DNA from: Vicugna vicugna | Lineage: Eukaryota | Assembly (NCBI GenBank): GCA_013265495.1 | Contig: MU057416.1 | Span: 1,482,545-1,546,544, forward strand | Direction: 5' to 3' | DNA length: 64,000 nt | In this document: positions 1 to 11,714 of the stretch, in pieces | Layout: each line of letters opens with the position of its first letter | How positions within the stretch are numbered: position 1 is the first letter of the stretch | Notes under the pieces: generated by a model | Database searches by the model: none | What the model was told of the DNA's origin: nothing | What the model saw: the letters and a program-made list of their open reading frames with translations, nothing else | Made by a program: the position numbers and the translations under genes

Positions 1-1432
1 AGAGCAACCGAAAATCCAGAGCCAGGATGAGAGATCATGACCATTAACAAGACTAATCAGAAAGCGGAGACACGGGAAGGAGGAACGAAGGATGAGAGAC
101 GTGGGCTGGACCTGAGTGCGGACCCTCCATCTGCTAAGTTAGGGCCTTAAATCAGCATTTTTCTCCCTAAGTGGGGCAAAAAGCCATCATCAGACCACGT
201 AGGGCTGAGCTTTTCCTCCTTTTGACTCTGAAAGACCAGGCAGAAAGGCCAAAAAGGGAAAATCTGCTTCCATGCAGCGTTGTGACAGTGAGAGCATGGC
301 TTCTTGTTAGAGAAGTAAATTCCACCCACTGGCCAGCACAAACAGGACTAGAAGCTTCCAGCGAGCTTCAGGGAGACTGAGGTTCAAGGCACCAAGTGTT
401 TACTGGGCCCAATCGGTACACAGTGCTCTTCCCGGAGCTGGCAGAGAGTCTGAGGTGGCCTGGACCCCGTCTTTATCCTCGGGGCGCTACCCCTCTGACT
501 GGAGGTGCACTGCATGTGTGCTGTGGAGAATGGTTAGTGTCCTGGGGGAGGAAGGAAGCCCTTCCAGGTAGAGACCAGGTACAGGGGACACCGTGCAGTC
601 ACAGGGTTTCTTACAAATGCTGGGGACACAGGTACTGGGGCTCAGAATCCAACAGACATGTATTAATGACTTTTACAACATAAGATGGTGTATTGCGTGA
701 TGGGCTCCGGGCCTGGGAGGTGGGCGTGCAGGGGGAGGAAGTGGGAAAGGTGAGGAGGTTCACATCGTAGAGGACCGCACCTCGCCTCCTCCTCGGAGGC
801 GCCTGCATCAGCTGGCCACACCACCTCCGTCCCACACCGTTCCCCTTTACCACCCTGAATAATCCCAAAGGTGGCAAGCCACATCACTTGGCTGGGTCAC
901 CATGTGCCAGGCACCGTTTAAAACCTGAACCCCTTTCGGCCTCGCAGCACACCTGTGAGAAAGGCCCCGCCGCCAGCGCCCTGTTCTCTTGCTGAAGCGC
1001 AGAGAAGCCCCGGGAACTGCTTGGGGCCGCACATCAGCAGAGTGCTGGAACCTGGATTCAAACCCCACCTGTCTCCAAAGCCCAGGCCCCTAACCGTCAT
1101 GCCCCACTCCTCCCAGCGGCAGTCGCTCCGCACAAAACCCGGGCACCCCGGCCCCGGGAAGCCACCAGGGGACCCTCCTCTCCCCAGGCTTCCACCACCT
1201 CCGGGCTGCTCTACACCCAGACTCTGCACCCAGAAGCAGCCGTTTCTGTCGGTCCCCTCCTCCTCCGACCTTCCACCTCAGCACTTGAGGAGAGAGGCTG
1301 GCAGAAGAGAAGGCCAGAGTCAGACAGAGCGCCCACGCCCGCCTGACAGACGGGGCTCAGCGCCCTCTCGGGGCCTCACCCACCGCCAGCGAGCCCTGAG
1401 CCCCTCCCCTCGGCCTCCATCCCCTACCCTAC

Positions 1433-1524
1433 NNNNNNNNNNNNNNNNNNNNNNNNNNNNNNNNNNNNNNNNNNNNNNNNNNNNNNNNNNNNNNNNNNNN
1501 NNNNNNNNNNNNNNNNNNNNNNNN
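1433..1524. other. Assembly gap (92 N)
   Basis: Run of n characters, flanked by C-rich sequence, inside KIF14 intron 4. Confidence 0.99.
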
Positions 1525-1749
1525 GTCCCACACAGCCCCCCCAACCCCCCGGCGCACAGAGTCCTGCCTCTCCAGCTTCCCCCTCATCACCCTCCGCTCT
1601 CCAATTCCACGCTCAAAGCAAACAATTCACAGATCCCCCAGGGCTCCCCACTTTCCTGCTTTCAAATCTTGGCACATGCTGCTCCCCGCTTCACAGGCTA
1701 ATAACTGTTATGTTCCTTCAAAACGAGCTCTGATGCTCCCTCCCTGAGG

Positions 1750-1751
<2 letters not shown>

Positions 1752-1781
<30 letters not shown>
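1752..1781. repeat. Poly(C)30 homopolymer (poly-G on the KIF14 sense strand)
   Basis: Uninterrupted C run read directly. Confidence 0.95.
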
Positions 1782-2559
1782 AGTATTCTAAACCGGACTT
1801 GATTCAGTGGCTCGTGCTTGCACTTGGCTGTGTACTGGCCGTTTCTCCATCACTCTCCTAACTACAGGGTCTGGGCCTTCTGACTCCACGCTCCTGTATT
1901 TCCCCAGTTTCTCTTATCACAAGAATTACCAGAGGAGAGGTATGGAATTTATAAATTCCCAGGCTATCCCCCAAACTGACTGAATCAGGATCTCCAGATT
2001 CTTAGCAAGTGTACATACACGCACACACCTGCCCCTACACATTCCTGGTGACTCTGAGGCTCAAGCAAACTGGGGGAGGCTGGTCCAACAGGCCGCCTGG
2101 CCCACAGCAGGCTCAGTAAACACCTGCTGAGCGCGTGAAGGACCAAGTGGGCTGCTCGGGACACAGATGCAGGGAAGCCTGCTCGCTCGGTGGGGACCCT
2201 GAGTCCGGGTTCAGGCTGCAGCTCCTCTCCCCGCCGCACCGCCATCCCACGCTGACCCTGCTGTCCTGAGGGGTCTGCACACCCGCCCGCCCATCTAAAG
2301 GCCTGGGCGCACTCTGAGCCCCGCACGACCACCAGGTGATAAACCAGGTGGAGCTGGAGGAGCGGCAAAGACCACCTTCCATCTCTGTCACCAGGAGGAC
2401 TGATTCTGAACTGGTCCCCGTCTCCAGACCACTGTCCCACGGAGACGACCCAGAAGTCAGAGCACCTCCTGCTGAGTGTTTCCTTAGTGGCCATGACTCT
2501 GGTTCTAACTTGACTTTTCTATTCTGATAGGAAGGTCTGCAGATACGGTGAGAACATAC

Positions 2560-2647
2560 CTCTTGGGTTTGTTTTTTGGCCACTTGAGCAAAAAGGTCTT
2601 CACAAAATCTTGGAATGATTCCTGGTTCTTCACTAAACCCCATCATC
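2560..2647 (-). CDS. KIF14: KIF14 coding exon (exon 4), kinesin motor domain
   Basis: Acceptor tattttccag|G, donor GAG|gtatgt; 88 nt. Encodes (T)MMGFSEEPGIIPRFCEDLFAQVAKKQTQE and completes the phase-2 codon from the previous exon. Confidence 0.95.
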
Positions 2648-2749
2648 CTGGAAAATACATTATGAATGGGGAGAAGTCAAACTAATTCAGTTTTTAAATT
2701 CCTTTTGGGGAATTGGGGTGGGGAGAGGGTGGAGGGCAAGCTGAAGAGA

Positions 2750-3000
2750 GCTCATGGGTAGAACCTGGGCTCTGGAGCCAGATCCGCCCGAGTTCAAATC
2801 TTGGCTTCACCCCTACGAGCTCTGTGACCTTGGACAAGATACTGGACCAATACTGGGAGCCTCAATCCCCTCTTCTGTGAAATGGGAATAAACAGAGCTA
2901 TCTGATTCGGGGAGGGGGGGTCGCTGTGGAAAAGTAGAAACAGAGCCTTTAGGGCAGTGACTGGGGCAGAGTGAGAACTCGGTAAAGTCAGCTGCTATCA
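2750..3000 (+). mobile_element. MIR SINE relic
   Basis: MIR-like core: gagttcaaatcttggcttcacc...ctgtgaccttggacaag...cctcaatcccctcttctgtgaaatgggaataa. Boundaries approximate. Confidence 0.65.
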
Positions 3001-3352
3001 AATGTGACTGCTTCCTTCTAGGACAGGCACCACCACCAGACCACGACGGCGTGACTGACTTGTAACTCGCACAATAATCCTTCCAAAATACCTTCTCTGG
3101 GCTTCGGTTTACATAAGAAATATAATTTACAGTAAAATGGGGCCAATGATGCTTTTAAGATAAACAATTTCCGGCGCAAACAGAAGCCCAGAGATTAAGG
3201 AACTTGCCCGAGTTATCAGAACCTGCACGTAAGGTCGAGGTTTGAGCCCAGAGCTGCGCGGTTTCAAATCTACTTTCTTTCTCTCAAACCATGCTGCTTC
3301 TCATGAGAAGCTTTGACCATGTCTGGATGATCACGCTGACGGTGAAACGCAC

Positions 3353-3607
3353 GTGTACGACTTCCCGGAGCCGGTCTGCCCGTAGGCGAAGAGGCAGGTG
3401 TTGTAGCCCTGGAAGGCCTGCTGCAGGAGCGGGGCTGCCAGCGCCGCGTACACGGCCGTCTGGCTGGCGAAGCCGGGGTGACGCTTGTCAACAGACCAGA
3501 AGGCAAGGTCGTAAACGAAACTGTAGACCTGTCGCAGGCCCGGGTGCTCCACGGCGACTTCGTCCCCGTTCATGAAGACCACCTGGGGGGACCTTTCAGT
3601 CATCTCT
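3353..3607 (-). CDS. KIF14: KIF14 coding exon (exon 3), kinesin motor domain with P-loop
   Basis: Acceptor gcttttgaag|A, donor AC|gtgcgt; 255 nt. Encodes [13 protein letters not shown]...[17 protein letters not shown](T), containing the kinesin Walker A motif GQTGSGKS. Confidence 0.96.
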
Positions 3608-5164
3608 CTTCAAAAGCAGCCCAGAGAAAAACACCAAACGGCTGTAATTACTTACAGAGTATTATCCCCACAGAACAGAAAAATGGCCTCAAACTGGCTC
3701 CCGTCTCATGCATAACAGTCCGCCCAGGGAGGACGACTCTCTCCTTTCATGTGGAAAATGCAGACCAGCAATCAACCACAGCAGGTTTCCAAAATACACC
3801 CCCTGTAGCTCCCGAGCCACCACTCCGGAGGAAACAGACTTCCCGATTCCTTGTCCAGAAAATCCACCCAACTTTTAGAGGCTCTTCCATTTTTCCCTTT
3901 TTCTCTTGACTCCCCGATCCCCATCCTGCCTACTGTAATCCACCCGTCTCTGCAGTTCAGACCCAGAAACTTATTTTAATATAAAGAAATTTTAGAGGTG
4001 CAAAACCACATAAAGCTGGCAAGAAACACAGAAGCAATTTCAACAAACTTGGTTAGTCACAAGTTTGAATCTAAGTGTCTTCTGGCACTGGTTATATTTC
4101 CGCTCATCCGCAGCACCCCCCACCCAAGACCATCTCCCCTAAAACCGTGGGCCTTCACGTCCACCCTCCTCCCATCTCAGACTGAGGAGGAACTCTTCCA
4201 CATACTCAAGATCTGCAGAAAAACACTGTCAGTCGTGTCTGGCCCCAGACCCCTCTTTTTGCCCCCAACTCTGCGTTAGATCAAAATTTACCATGGAAAC
4301 CACCTTCCTCATCTGTGTGACAAGTGCCCCTCCCCGGAAGTCTGGGATCAGCCTGTGGTCCTCCCCGGCAGTCAGGTCCTGGCTCCGCTCTTCCCGCCGC
4401 AGCCTGGGGCTCTTCGGTTAGTTCCCCTGCTGAGGTCTCTCCCCTCATCACCAACCCCACATTCCACTAAAAGGCTTCTAGCACCCTGTGACTGCTGGCC
4501 CTGCAGGTCGAACCGGAGGCCCCTCTGCACGGCAGTGGTCACTGTGCCCTCCTGCCACTCACTGAGTCACAACAGATTCAACGGACTGACTGTGACGTTT
4601 TCCAGTCATCTCTTAAATTATGTAAAGATGCCATATTCACAGCCTGTGTGCCCCTCTCTCTCAGCCCTCTACCCACAACCTGTGACGGTCTCACCCACAA
4701 GCACTTTTGGAGACACTTTTCTGCCATAAAAATCTGACATTATAAACGAGTGCACTGATAACCACTGCGTATCAGGGACGATGAGGACAGCCACCACTCC
4801 AGACTGGGTTTTGGAAGGACATCTCGGGGAACGAGGGACCTGCTACGGCATTTTTAAGGGAAAGTTAGAAGATCTCGCTGTGCATCACAGATTTGAAAGC
4901 AGACTGCGTTAGGCACTTAACTCGTTCAGACTTCTTAAAAGCAACATACCTAGAGAAATTTCCATTTGCACAATGTGATGACTGTGATTTTTTTAAGTTT
5001 CCAGCCAGTCATCAAAAATAATCAACATACTACAACCAAACCTAGAAGTTCTATTAAAACATCACCAAGGTTGAAGATGCACCAACACGCTGACCTTCCA
5101 GGCAGAGGGACCAGACACACCCCAAGCCACTTGCTGGGCCCAGGGTTAATCAGGGGTGACGCAC

Positions 5165-6222
5165 CTGCTGCTGAAAGGCCTGACTCGGACCGCCACTGTC
5201 ACCTGGCTGTTCTCCACTTTTAAGGGGTCTGTTTCTGCAGAGGTTTTCCGAAGCGCAGGCTCCTCTTCGAGGAGGAACGTACTTTCTTGCAACCTTTCCC
5301 TCTTATTTGCGAGCAGGGAGCTTTTGGGCATCTGTTTAACCTGAAGGCTGGGCACTCTGCTTCTCGGCACCGACGCAGCCGGGCTCTTAAGCTGAGGCAG
5401 GCCTCGCTTCGGTGTCCACCTGTGTTCTGTAAGGCTCTTCGAGGGCGTTCTTTTTTCCAAGCTTTCATATTTATTTGAAAGTTTCGCCACATCCTTCCCG
5501 GCACCCCTGAGATGTAAGTTTCCTGTTTCTGACGCTCTCACATCCAGCTTGCTCTGAGCAGGTCTTGTGGCCGAGCACCCTGATCTAACAGCTTCTGTCT
5601 GACCCCGGGAGCCAACGGGGGCTCTGTCGCTCGAGGACCCAAGGGCGACGCCTTCGCCCGCCCCACTGCGGGCAGGAAACGTTCCTTGGTATTTTTCAGC
5701 AGCCTGCACGTCAGCGTCTTTGGGGTCTGCAGCTGGAGGTACAGAAGGTGCAACAAAAAAGGTTTTATCATGATTTACAACTTTCCAGTTTATACTAGTT
5801 TCTGGCGAAGAATGGTTACTTTCTGTTGTTTCCTGCTTTTCCGCAGCAGCTGCTTCAGCGCGACGCCGTGGCATCAGCCGTGGCTCTGCTGTTTTCTCAG
5901 CCGCGCCTCCCCGCTCGCCCCCCAGCAAGGAGGAGTCTTTGCTCCTTGTGACTCTCCTCTGAAGTGTCAATCTGCCCGCACGGTGAGGCGGGAGGGGAGC
6001 ACCTTCTGGTTTTTCACAGGCAGAAATTACGTAAGTGCTGTCGATGCCTCCAGCTTTCCCCGCAGGTCTCAGCAGCGCAGCCCCGTCCTCAGGTGCTGAC
6101 GTTTCCGACTCCGGCTGCAGCTGGCGGCTGCGGGCGAGGATGCTCAGCGCCAGCCTCCCCGGGGTGGCAGGGAGCCCCAGGTCACCGCCTGAGCTCCGGT
6201 CACACACGGTGTGTACAGACAT
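5165..6222 (-). CDS. KIF14: KIF14 first coding exon (exon 2, coding part): N-terminal extension and start of motor domain
   Basis: ORF MSVHTVCDRS...DPLKVENSQVTVAVRVRPFSS(R), ending in the kinesin VAVRVRP motif. Donor AG|gtgcgt at 5164. 1058 nt (phase 2), in frame with exon 3. Confidence 0.95.
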
Positions 6223-6332
6223 CGTGGTAGCACGGTGTTTGTAGAAAGGATGTTTTTGGAGAAACTTTAAGCTCTTCTCTGGATGTTCACTTGACTTCCA
6301 GCCATTTCTTATGCATCAGGTTCCAAAATTAT
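6223..6332 (-). other. KIF14: KIF14 exon 2 5'UTR portion
   Basis: Acceptor ttatttattttagcag|ATAA at 6333-6335 (tandem TAGCAG, NAGNAG type), upstream of the ATG at 6222. Confidence 0.75.
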
Positions 6333-6649
6333 CTGCTAAAATAAATAAATAAATCTAGATTGCACAGACTACAAACAGGCTTTAAAAATATGAGAAACTT
6401 CCACTGTGACAGAAACTTCCCAGAGGAATATATGAGGGTAGGGCGCTCTCCAAGTCAGACACTGCTCCCGAGGTGCTCAGACAGATCTCTGACCTAGAGA
6501 GCTTACAGCCGTCACCCAGCAAGGACGTACCAGGCTCCCACTACGTGCCAGGCCCACTGACTTTGAAAATTTCAAAGACATTTTCATTTCGTTAGCCTAG
6601 AAGGAGTGCACAGGTGACCCTTATATCAGACCAAAGGCGCCAAGAGACT

Positions 6650-7470
6650 TAAAAGATATAAAAAGCACATATCAAAGAAGACACAGAATGGCCAATAAGC
6701 ACGTAAAAAGATGCTCAATGTCACTAATCACGAGGCAAATAAAAATCAAAACCACCATGAGACATCCATCAGCATCACACCATCACATCCATCAGCATGG
6801 CTACAAAAAAAATAACAGAGAACAAGTGCTGACAAGGACGTGAAGACACTGGTGTACTGTTGGTGGGAAGGTAAAATGGTGCGGCCACTATGGGAAACAG
6901 TATGGACGGTCCTCAAAAAATTAAAATTACCATATGACATAGCAATTCCACTGCTAGGTACATGCCCCAAAGATTGAAAGAAAGGTCTCAAAGAGATATT
7001 TGTACCCCATGTTCATAGCAGGATTATTCACAATAGCTAAAACAGGGAAGCAATCCAAGTGTCCATGACCAATGAAGGGCTTATCAAAATGAGGGACAGT
7101 CCCACGATGGGATTAGTCAGCCTTAAAAAGTAAAGAAATTCTGCAATATGCCACAATACGGATGAACTCTGATGACATTATGCTAAGTGAAATAAGCCGG
7201 CCACAAAAAGACAAATGAGAGATGACTCCCCATATCTGGGGTACTCAGCAGGTAAAATCATACAGACAGAAAGTACATTGGCGGTTGCCAGGGGCTGGGG
7301 TGGGGGGGACCGGGACAGTCACTGTTTAACAGCTGCAGAGTTAGACTTACGAGATGACAAGAGCTTTGGGGGTGGGTGGTAGTGATGACTGCACAACACA
7401 CGAATATATTTTAAAGATGTACACTTGAAAGTGGGTAAGATGGTAAATGTCACGTGTATTTTAACACAGC
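6650..7470 (+). mobile_element. L1 (LINE-1) 3' fragment, old L1M-type
   Basis: Typical L1 ORF2-end/3'UTR text: aatggccaataagcac...aaaagatgctcaa...gcaattccactgctaggtacatgccc...atgctaagtgaaataagcc. Confidence 0.88.
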
Positions 7471-8234
7471 GAGAAAAGAAAGGAGTACTCATCAGCAGCC
7501 CTTTTTAAGCACCTCCAGCTGGGGAGCAGGATGGGGACTCACAGACGCCCAAGCAGGGAGGCCAAAGGTGGCAGTGGAGCATCTCCGTGACACCTGGGAA
7601 CGCACGCTACACACAGCAACGCCTCGTGGACGGGAGTTTGAGAGGCGCCACAAGGCAGAATGTTCCCACGTAAGAACCTCAGACAGTAAACATGAAACAC
7701 ACTGTAAGTAATCGCTTGTGCTGAGAACAGTTACGGAACGTTAGTTAAGTAGACAGCCGGCCCTCTAGCAGGCAGACAGCAGGGAGACGGGTACACATGC
7801 AAATGTGTGTCAACAATACCTACCCAGCAGTAACGTTTAAAAGAAATGAGAACCGCGGTGACAGCTAAGAGGGCGGGCTCCCAGTCGGCTCTCTCTCAAA
7901 CTGGTTCTGTTGATTTGAAACTTGCATACCTGATTCTAACTTGTAAAGAGACACCTGATCAAACTATTTCCTTGTGAAAGTAAATAAAGAAAAACTCATT
8001 TAAAACGGAGCCGGGAGGCCCCACACGGAGCACTCATATTTTATGTCTTGTCATTTTTTACAGACTCTGGGAAGAACCTGCCTCACATACCAGGGCAAAG
8101 AGGAAGGAAGAGTTCCTCCTCGCCCGGCAATGGCTCAGCCATTGAGGAAATATGCACCCGGTCACCTGGAGGTCGCCACCACCCCAACGGTCCCTCTCCT
8201 TCACTGAATTTCCGTGCAGTTCTCTCCTTTTCTC

Positions 8235-8675
8235 CACACAGACCTCTGCTTTACTGCCCCTCACAGACACCGCGTTTTTCACAAATTGAAGGTCCGTGGG
8301 CACCCTGCATCAGCAAGTCAGTCAGTGCCAGTTTCCAGCAGCATTTGCTCCCTTCATGTCTGTGTCATATTTTGCTAATTTTCAAAATATTCCAGACTTT
8401 TTCATTAGTATTTTTCTCATTACAGTGATCTGTGATCCGTGGTCTTTGATGTTACTACTATGACACGCTGAAGGCTCAGATAATTGTCAGCATTTTTATC
8501 AGACAGTATTTTAAATTAAGGTATATACATTGTTTTCAGACATAACGCTACTGCACACTCAATAGGCTACAATATAACAAACATAACTTTTATATGCGCT
8601 GGGAAACAAAATTCATGTGTCTAGCTTTACTGCAGGCATCTGGACCCAGCCCACAGTATCTGGGAGGTGCGCATC
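8235..8675 (+). mobile_element. Internally deleted Tigger1-derived DNA transposon (TcMar-Tigger MITE-like)
   Basis: Tigger1-like 5' segment (ttttcacaaattgaaggtccgtgggcaccctgcatcagcaagtc...gatctgtgatcc) is joined directly to a Tigger1-like 3' segment (gctgaaggctcagat...taaattaaggtatatacattg...acataacttttatatgcgctgggaaac). No transposase ORF. Family recognised from memory. Confidence 0.8.
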
Positions 8676-8989
8676 CAGGGGCGCCCCTCTTCTGTTGAGC
8701 CGCCCATTCTCCTCCAGCTGGTCCTGAACTGCAGTCCTCTGCTATTTCCACCTAAACTCTTTTTGATAATATAATTAAGTGGCTACTGTATTTTTAAAGT
8801 CGACACCAGAGATTATTGCTCTGAAGGAACAAAATAATCGAGGTTCACTTTAAAAGGTAAGCCTTTTAAAGTTCTAAATCAGTAACAACCATTACCAAAA
8901 ACTTCGCCAGGATCTAAGCATCTCCCGGCAACCCCTCCACTAAAAGTAAGCAACCTTCCCGTTGTGGAAATAGGAGGGCAAGAAAAGAT

Positions 8990-9710
8990 CCCTGGCACCT
9001 GCTCCGCAGCTGAAAGCCGTCTGCTGCTTCCGCGGAGAGAGACGGCTGCTTGTTCCGGGGGTCGCGGTCAGACCCGAGGGAAGAGGGCGCAGACGCGGCG
9101 ACGTGTTCCCAGCGGTCGCCTCGGGGCCCGGACCGCGCGCGACCCGCCCCTAAGGCCGGCCGGCCGCCCGGAGGGGTCAACGCGCGCGGAGGGCGAGGCC
9201 CGGGTCCCGCCGCCCCCAGCCCTCCTCGGGGACCCCCGGCCCTCCTCCAGGAGCCCCTCCTCGGGGACCCCGCCTTTCCTGGAGAGCACCCCCTCCACAC
9301 ACACACACACAGACTCACCGCCCCCGCCCCTCCGCGGGGACCTGTCCCTCCTCGGGGACCCGCCCCGACTCCCGGCCGCTCTCCCCGCTCCCACCCCCGC
9401 ACCGGCGCTCCGCCCCCGGCCCCGCAGGCCCCACAGGCCCCACCTCGCAGCCCCCAGGCCGCCCAGCGCCGCTCACGCCTCTGCCTCCGGCCCGCGGTTT
9501 GAATGCGCGCCCCGCCCTCTGATTGGCTGCCGGGCGCCGCGCACGCACGTCCTCCCGGAAGCGCGCCGCCGGTCTTGCGGATCCGAGCCCCGACCCGCGC
9601 TCGCGTCTCCTAGGCAACGGGCCCCGCCCTTCCGGGCTGCGGGCGCGGAGCATCCCCGGCGCCTTTCAGGTGTGCTGGAACCAGGAGAGCGACAGCGACG
9701 CGCTTGTCCA
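8990..9710 (-). promoter_or_regulatory. KIF14: KIF14 CpG-island promoter
   Basis: Very high GC/CpG density upstream of exon 2. CCAAT at 9522-9526 (minus), GC box 9510-9517, CHR TTTGAA 9498-9503, ETS-like CCGGAAG ~9555. Confidence 0.88.
9319..9490 (-). other. KIF14: Putative KIF14 non-coding exon 1
   Basis: Consensus donor GCG|gtgagt at 9318, downstream of the CCAAT/CHR cluster. A weaker GAG|gtgggg near 9443 is an alternative. TSS not directly visible. Confidence 0.5.
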
Positions 9711-10456
9711 GCCTCAGGATGAAACCAGCAGTCGTCCACCTTACCGCCTTACCTCCAAGACTTCTTGGTGCGGAAATGGCTGTTTGCCCCCAAGTTAACC
9801 ACATTCACCCTTTTCCAGTATTTCTTGTGCAAAACCCGGAGTTGGGAAGGGTGCTAAATGCCTTACATGGAATTTTTCATTTAATCTTGAAAGTCTTACG
9901 AGGTACATGTTAATATGATCCCCAGTACAGATGAGGGACTGAGGTTTAGACTTAAAGTTCAAAAAATCGGCAACTAGCAAGTGGTGGTAAGTGTAATTCC
10001 AAAGAGCGCATGGTCAAATATCACTCAGTTTCTAAAAATATTCCAGTAAGATTTTGAAACATGAAAAAATGATAATAATACATGCTGAAAAAAACCAGGT
10101 CAGTGAGAGGGACTCTACTCAAGCAGATATCATAAAGCAGCTTTACTTTTTAAACAGCAAAAAGGCAGCTAATGGAAATGTATTCAATGGGATGGAAAGG
10201 GAAACCAGAACTGATTCTAACTGGATGGAAAAACTGAATGGATGATAAAGTACTTGTGCGAAACGTCACTGTTAAAAATCATTCTAAAAATATTAAAGTT
10301 AAATTATAGAGAAACCATCAGAAAAAAGAATGTATCAGATCTATGGGAAAATAATCAAGTCTAGAAGCAAAAGAAAATATGGCAAGAAAAGACTGACAAA
10401 CTCAAAATACATAAATATTTTAAATACATGTATAGTTCAAAATGTCTAAAATGTAG

Positions 10457-10569
10457 GGGAGGGAGGGTATAGCTCAAGTGGTAGAGCACATGCTTAGCCT
10501 ACACAAGGTCCTATGTTCAATCCCCAGTACCAATTCTAAAAATAAATAAACCTAATTACCCCCCAAAAA
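10457..10569 (+). mobile_element. tRNA-Ala-derived SINE (Vic-1-like) with perfect target-site duplication
   Basis: gggagggtatagctcaagtggtagagcacatgcttagc...gttcaatccccagtacc...aataaacctaattacc. 11-bp TSD ctaaaatgtag at 10446-10456 and 10570-10580. Confidence 0.92.
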
Positions 10570-11205
10570 CTAAAATGTAGTAAATAACTAGAAAAATACA
10601 CTAAATGTGACAGAAAATGCAAAGATCTCTTTCAATTACACAAGGAAAATAAAGTTACAAATAGAAGAATAAAATAAATAAAATATAAAAATGGACAAAA
10701 TACACACAAAAATAATTCAGAAAAAATAGAATGGAAAATCCAGCCATTAAATGCAAGTGAAAAAATAAATTAGGTACAAGTAAAAAAAAAAATGCTTTTT
10801 AGTTTTGGTGCTGGTGATGTTGCATAAAAATTTAAAGTACACATTTCTAGTGACAGAAATGGATGAGATTCTCGAGGGCAGGGACCCCACCCTTTCATAG
10901 TGGACCCCGCCTGCTTAGTGTAAGCCCTGATATAGAAAAAACACTAGGCAAATATTTGTTGAGTAAATAGCAAATCCGCCTACGTAGCAACATGATACTG
11001 TATTGGAAGAGCCATGAAGATACTCATATTCTTTGACCTAGTAACTGCACTACAAAAATTTATTCTTGGAAAATATTTCAGTGTAAACCAAAAAGCATGC
11101 AGCCCCTGCCCCCTCGCCCCCAACTGGAAAAAACTCCCAATGGCCAACCCTGAGAGAATGTTTTAAATGGTTCAAAATGAGGGAAACCACGGAACCGCAG
11201 GAGCT

Positions 11206-11295
11206 GGGGGGAGGCGAGCTCCCTGGTCAGAGCACATGCTTGGCACGCATGAGGGCCTGGGTCCAATCCCCAGTGTCTTCGGCAAAGAAAACAAG
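11206..11295 (+). mobile_element. Degenerate Vic-1-like SINE
   Basis: agagcacatgcttggcacgcatgagggcctgggtccaatccccagtg matches the other copies; tail eroded. Confidence 0.75.
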
Positions 11296-11681
11296 AATTT
11301 TTTTTAATAAGGAAAAATAATTCTATTACAACAATTAAGGGTCATTAAATTAAATTTACAAATCAATTGTTTAAAATATTACAAATTAAAGTTACAATTA
11401 CCAGTGAACTAGAACCAGACAGTGCGTGGCCTGAAGAGCAGACCCTGCCCCAGACTCTGAGCCCTAGGTGGAGCCATGCCTTGTCTGCCTCCCGTCTCCC
11501 CAGGCCCCACACAGAACTCTCAAGAGGACCTTCTTAGAGCACCAGCCTCACTTCCCTCTTCTCATTCTTTCTGTTAGAAACTCCCAATTTAATTCCAGCC
11601 AAAGGAATAATACTGCACAGAATCACGGGCTGTCTGTGAGCCACCTCCAGATTACAAAAGAGGGATTTCTGTCACGTGCGC

Positions 11682-11682
<1 letters not shown>

Positions 11683-11712
<30 letters not shown>
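11683..11712. repeat. (TG)n microsatellite
   Basis: About 14 GT units preceded by gcgcgc. Confidence 0.95.

Positions 11713-11714
<2 letters not shown>

Noticed and set aside
955..1701. 248-aa plus-strand ORF
   Set aside because: Spans the N gap, is Pro-rich low complexity and lies antisense in an intron.
1985..2559. ORF continuation past KIF14 exon 4, and HLVVVRGSEC resembling kinesin LIDLAGSE
   Set aside because: Lies after a clear GTATGT donor. The similarity is superficial, out of order relative to the motor domain, and lacks supporting splice signals.
8914..9804. Several long overlapping ORFs (up to 252 aa) at the KIF14 promoter
   Set aside because: Pro/Arg/Gly/Ala-rich low-complexity translations on both strands, expected from stop-codon scarcity in a CpG island. 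No domain recognised.
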